DNA from: Mobula hypostoma
Lineage: Eukaryota
Assembly: GCF_963921235.1 (NCBI RefSeq)
Contig: NC_086108.1
Location: 114,826,001-114,890,000 of the forward strand
Length of the DNA stretch: 64,000 nucleotides
Direction of reading: 5' to 3'
Of this stretch, positions 62,413-64,000 are shown in pieces. Position 1 is the first letter of the stretch. Each line of letters starts with the position of its first letter. Below the pieces are notes generated by a model, which was not told the origin of the DNA, made no database searches, and was given only the letters and a program-made list of their open reading frames with translations. A program made the position numbers and the translations under genes.

Positions 62413-63999
62413 TCAGGGAACTTCTGCTCCACCCACAGTCTCCATCGTGCTGAGCTCTGCGGGGCTGGGCTGGACTCCCGGAGTCTCCGCTGGCTGTGTC
62501 GGTGTCTCCAGCGGGGCCGCGCAGTCACGGAATCCCCGCTCCGCACTGTGGACACGGGGAAGCGCGGAGTCTCCGGGAACACCCGGTCTGATCAGCTTCC
62601 CGGGATCAGCCCAGTCTGGGTCTGGCACACGCCAGAGTCCCGCTGCAGGAGTGAGCGAGCCAGAATATCCCACTTCCCGGAATTTCACTGCCTGTTGATC
62701 TGTTGCTCTTCCCTGTCTCCTGGAACCTTGCTCTATTTGAGCAGTGTGTTTACCCTGTGATCCTCCATCACTCCCCTGTACTACTGAACTGTACAGCCTT
62801 GCCTGTGGTTCTAGCACTGGCTGGCTGTCCTGTGTACCCGTACTAGTCCCCGCCTCTCTCTCTGCATCATATATTTCTGTTACAGCCTGACCGTCCTGCG
62901 TTCCTGTTACAGCCTCACCATTCTGCGTTTCTGTTACAGCCTCACTGTTCTGCATTCCTGTTACAGCATGACCGTCCTGTGTTTCTGTTACAGCCTGACC
63001 ATCCTGTGTTTCTGTTACAGCCTCACTGTTCTGCGTTCCTGTTGCAGCCTGACTGTCCTGTGTTTCTGTTACAGCCTGACCGTCCTGTGTTTCTGTTACA
63101 GCCTGACCATCCTGTGTTTCTGTTACACCCTGACTGTCCTGTGTTTCTTTCACAGCCTCAGTGTCCTGTGTTTCTGTTACAGCCTCAACATCCTGTGTTT
63201 CTGTTACAGCCCCACTATTCTGCATTCCTGTTACAGCCTGACCATCTTGCAATTCTGTTACAGCCTGACTGTCCTGTGCTCTTGTTACAGCCTGAACATC
63301 CTGTGTTTCTGTTACACCCTGACTGTCCTGTGTTTCTTTCACAGCCTCAGTGTCCTGTGTTTCCGTTATAGCCTCAACGTTCTGCGTTTCTGTTACAGTC
63401 TCGCTGTTCTGTGTTCCTGTTACAGCTTCAACGTCCTGTGTTTCTGTTACAGTCTGACTATCCTGTGTTTCCATTACAGACTTACTGTTCTGTGTTCCTG
63501 TTGCAGCGTGACCATTCTGCATTTCTGTTATAGCCTCATCGTCCTGTGTTTCTGTTACAGCCTCAACGTCCTGTGTTTCTGTTACAGCCTCGCTGTTCTG
63601 CGTTCCTGTTACAGCTTCAACGTCCTGTGTTTCTGTTACAGCCTTGCTGTTCTGTGTTCCTGTTGCAGCCTGACCATTCTGCATTTCTGTTATAGCCTCA
63701 TCGTCCTGTGTTTCTGTTACAGCCTCAACGTCCTGTGTTTCTGTTACAGCCTCGCTGTTCTGCATTCCTGTTACAGCTTCAACGTCCTGTGTTTCTGTTA
63801 CAGCCTTGCTGTTCTGCGTTCCTGTTACAGCTTCAACGTCCTGTGTTTCTGTTACAGCCTGACCTTTCTGTATTTTTGTTACAGCCTGACTGTCTTGTGT
63901 TCCTGTTGCAGCCTGACCATCCTGTGTTTCTGTTACAACCACACCATTCTGTCTATCTGTTACAGCCTGACCATCCTGTGTTTCTGTTACAACCTCACC
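62413..63999 (-). CDS. ERICH3: Large acidic T/E/Q-rich repeat exon, open beyond the window edge; probable ERICH3 last coding exon
   Basis: Stop-free frame 63999-62413 (at least 528 aa); convergent with the TNNI3K 3' end, as in the vertebrate TNNI3K-LRRC53-ERICH3 block; AGG|GTACGT donor at 62378, 34 nt after the stop. The gene name rests on synteny and composition, not sequence identity. Confidence 0.55.
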   Translation of the reverse strand, partial: GEVVTETQDGQAVTDRQNGVVVTETQDGQAATGTQDSQAVTKIQKGQAVTETQDVEAVTGTQNSKAVTETQDVEAVTGMQNSEAVTETQDVEAVTETQDDEAITEMQNGQAATGTQNSKAVTETQDVEAVTGTQNSEAVTETQDVEAVTETQDDEAITEMQNGHAATGTQNSKSVMETQDSQTVTETQDVEAVTGTQNSETVTETQNVEAITETQDTEAVKETQDSQGVTETQDVQAVTRAQDSQAVTELQDGQAVTGMQNSGAVTETQDVEAVTETQDTEAVKETQDSQGVTETQDGQAVTETQDGQAVTETQDSQAATGTQNSEAVTETQDGQAVTETQDGHAVTGMQNSEAVTETQNGEAVTGTQDGQAVTEIYDAEREAGTSTGTQDSQPVLEPQARLYSSVVQGSDGGSQGKHTAQIEQGSRRQGRATDQQAVKFREVGYSGSLTPAAGLWRVPDPDWADPGKLIRPGVPGDSALPRVHSAERGFRDCAAPLETPTQPAETPGVQPSPAELSTMETVGGAEVP

Positions 64000-64000
64000 A
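62876..64000 (-). repeat. Coding 27-bp tandem repeat (about 41 units; AVTETQD(G/S/V)(Q/E))
   Basis: Unit on + resembles tgttacagcctgaccgtcctgtgtttc; no frame-breaking indels. Confidence 0.95.

Overview
Repeat-dense vertebrate genomic DNA. The transposon repertoire (CR1 LINEs, V-domain SINEs, Penelope-like, Rex1/Babar, Tx1, Nimb, Tc1) suggests a cartilaginous fish, probably a ray. Genes: (1) the last four coding exons, stop codon and polyA signal of TNNI3K on +; (2) an antisense, intron-nested LRRC53 with three recognisable coding exons, apparently pseudogenised by stops and frameshifts in the signal-peptide and LRR exons while the TM/cytoplasmic exon stays open; (3) at the right edge on -, a stop-free exon of at least 528 codons built largely from a 27-bp/9-aa repeat, probably the large 3' exon of ERICH3 by synteny. 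The most unusual non-genic signal is four short (about 165-220 bp) asymmetric foldback insertions with 13-14 bp target-site duplications. They derive from the 3' end of Penelope-like elements and fold at their minimal hammerhead-ribozyme motif; two hit the same CR1 motif independently. Also present: a scrambled Tx1 retrotransposon in a CpG-rich domain, two related solo LTRs with 5-bp TSDs, a full-length Tc1 inside a Nimb LINE, and 32-bp and about 71-bp tandem arrays. All homology calls come from recognising motifs by eye, not from searches; repeat boundaries are approximate unless TSDs or splice sites are cited.
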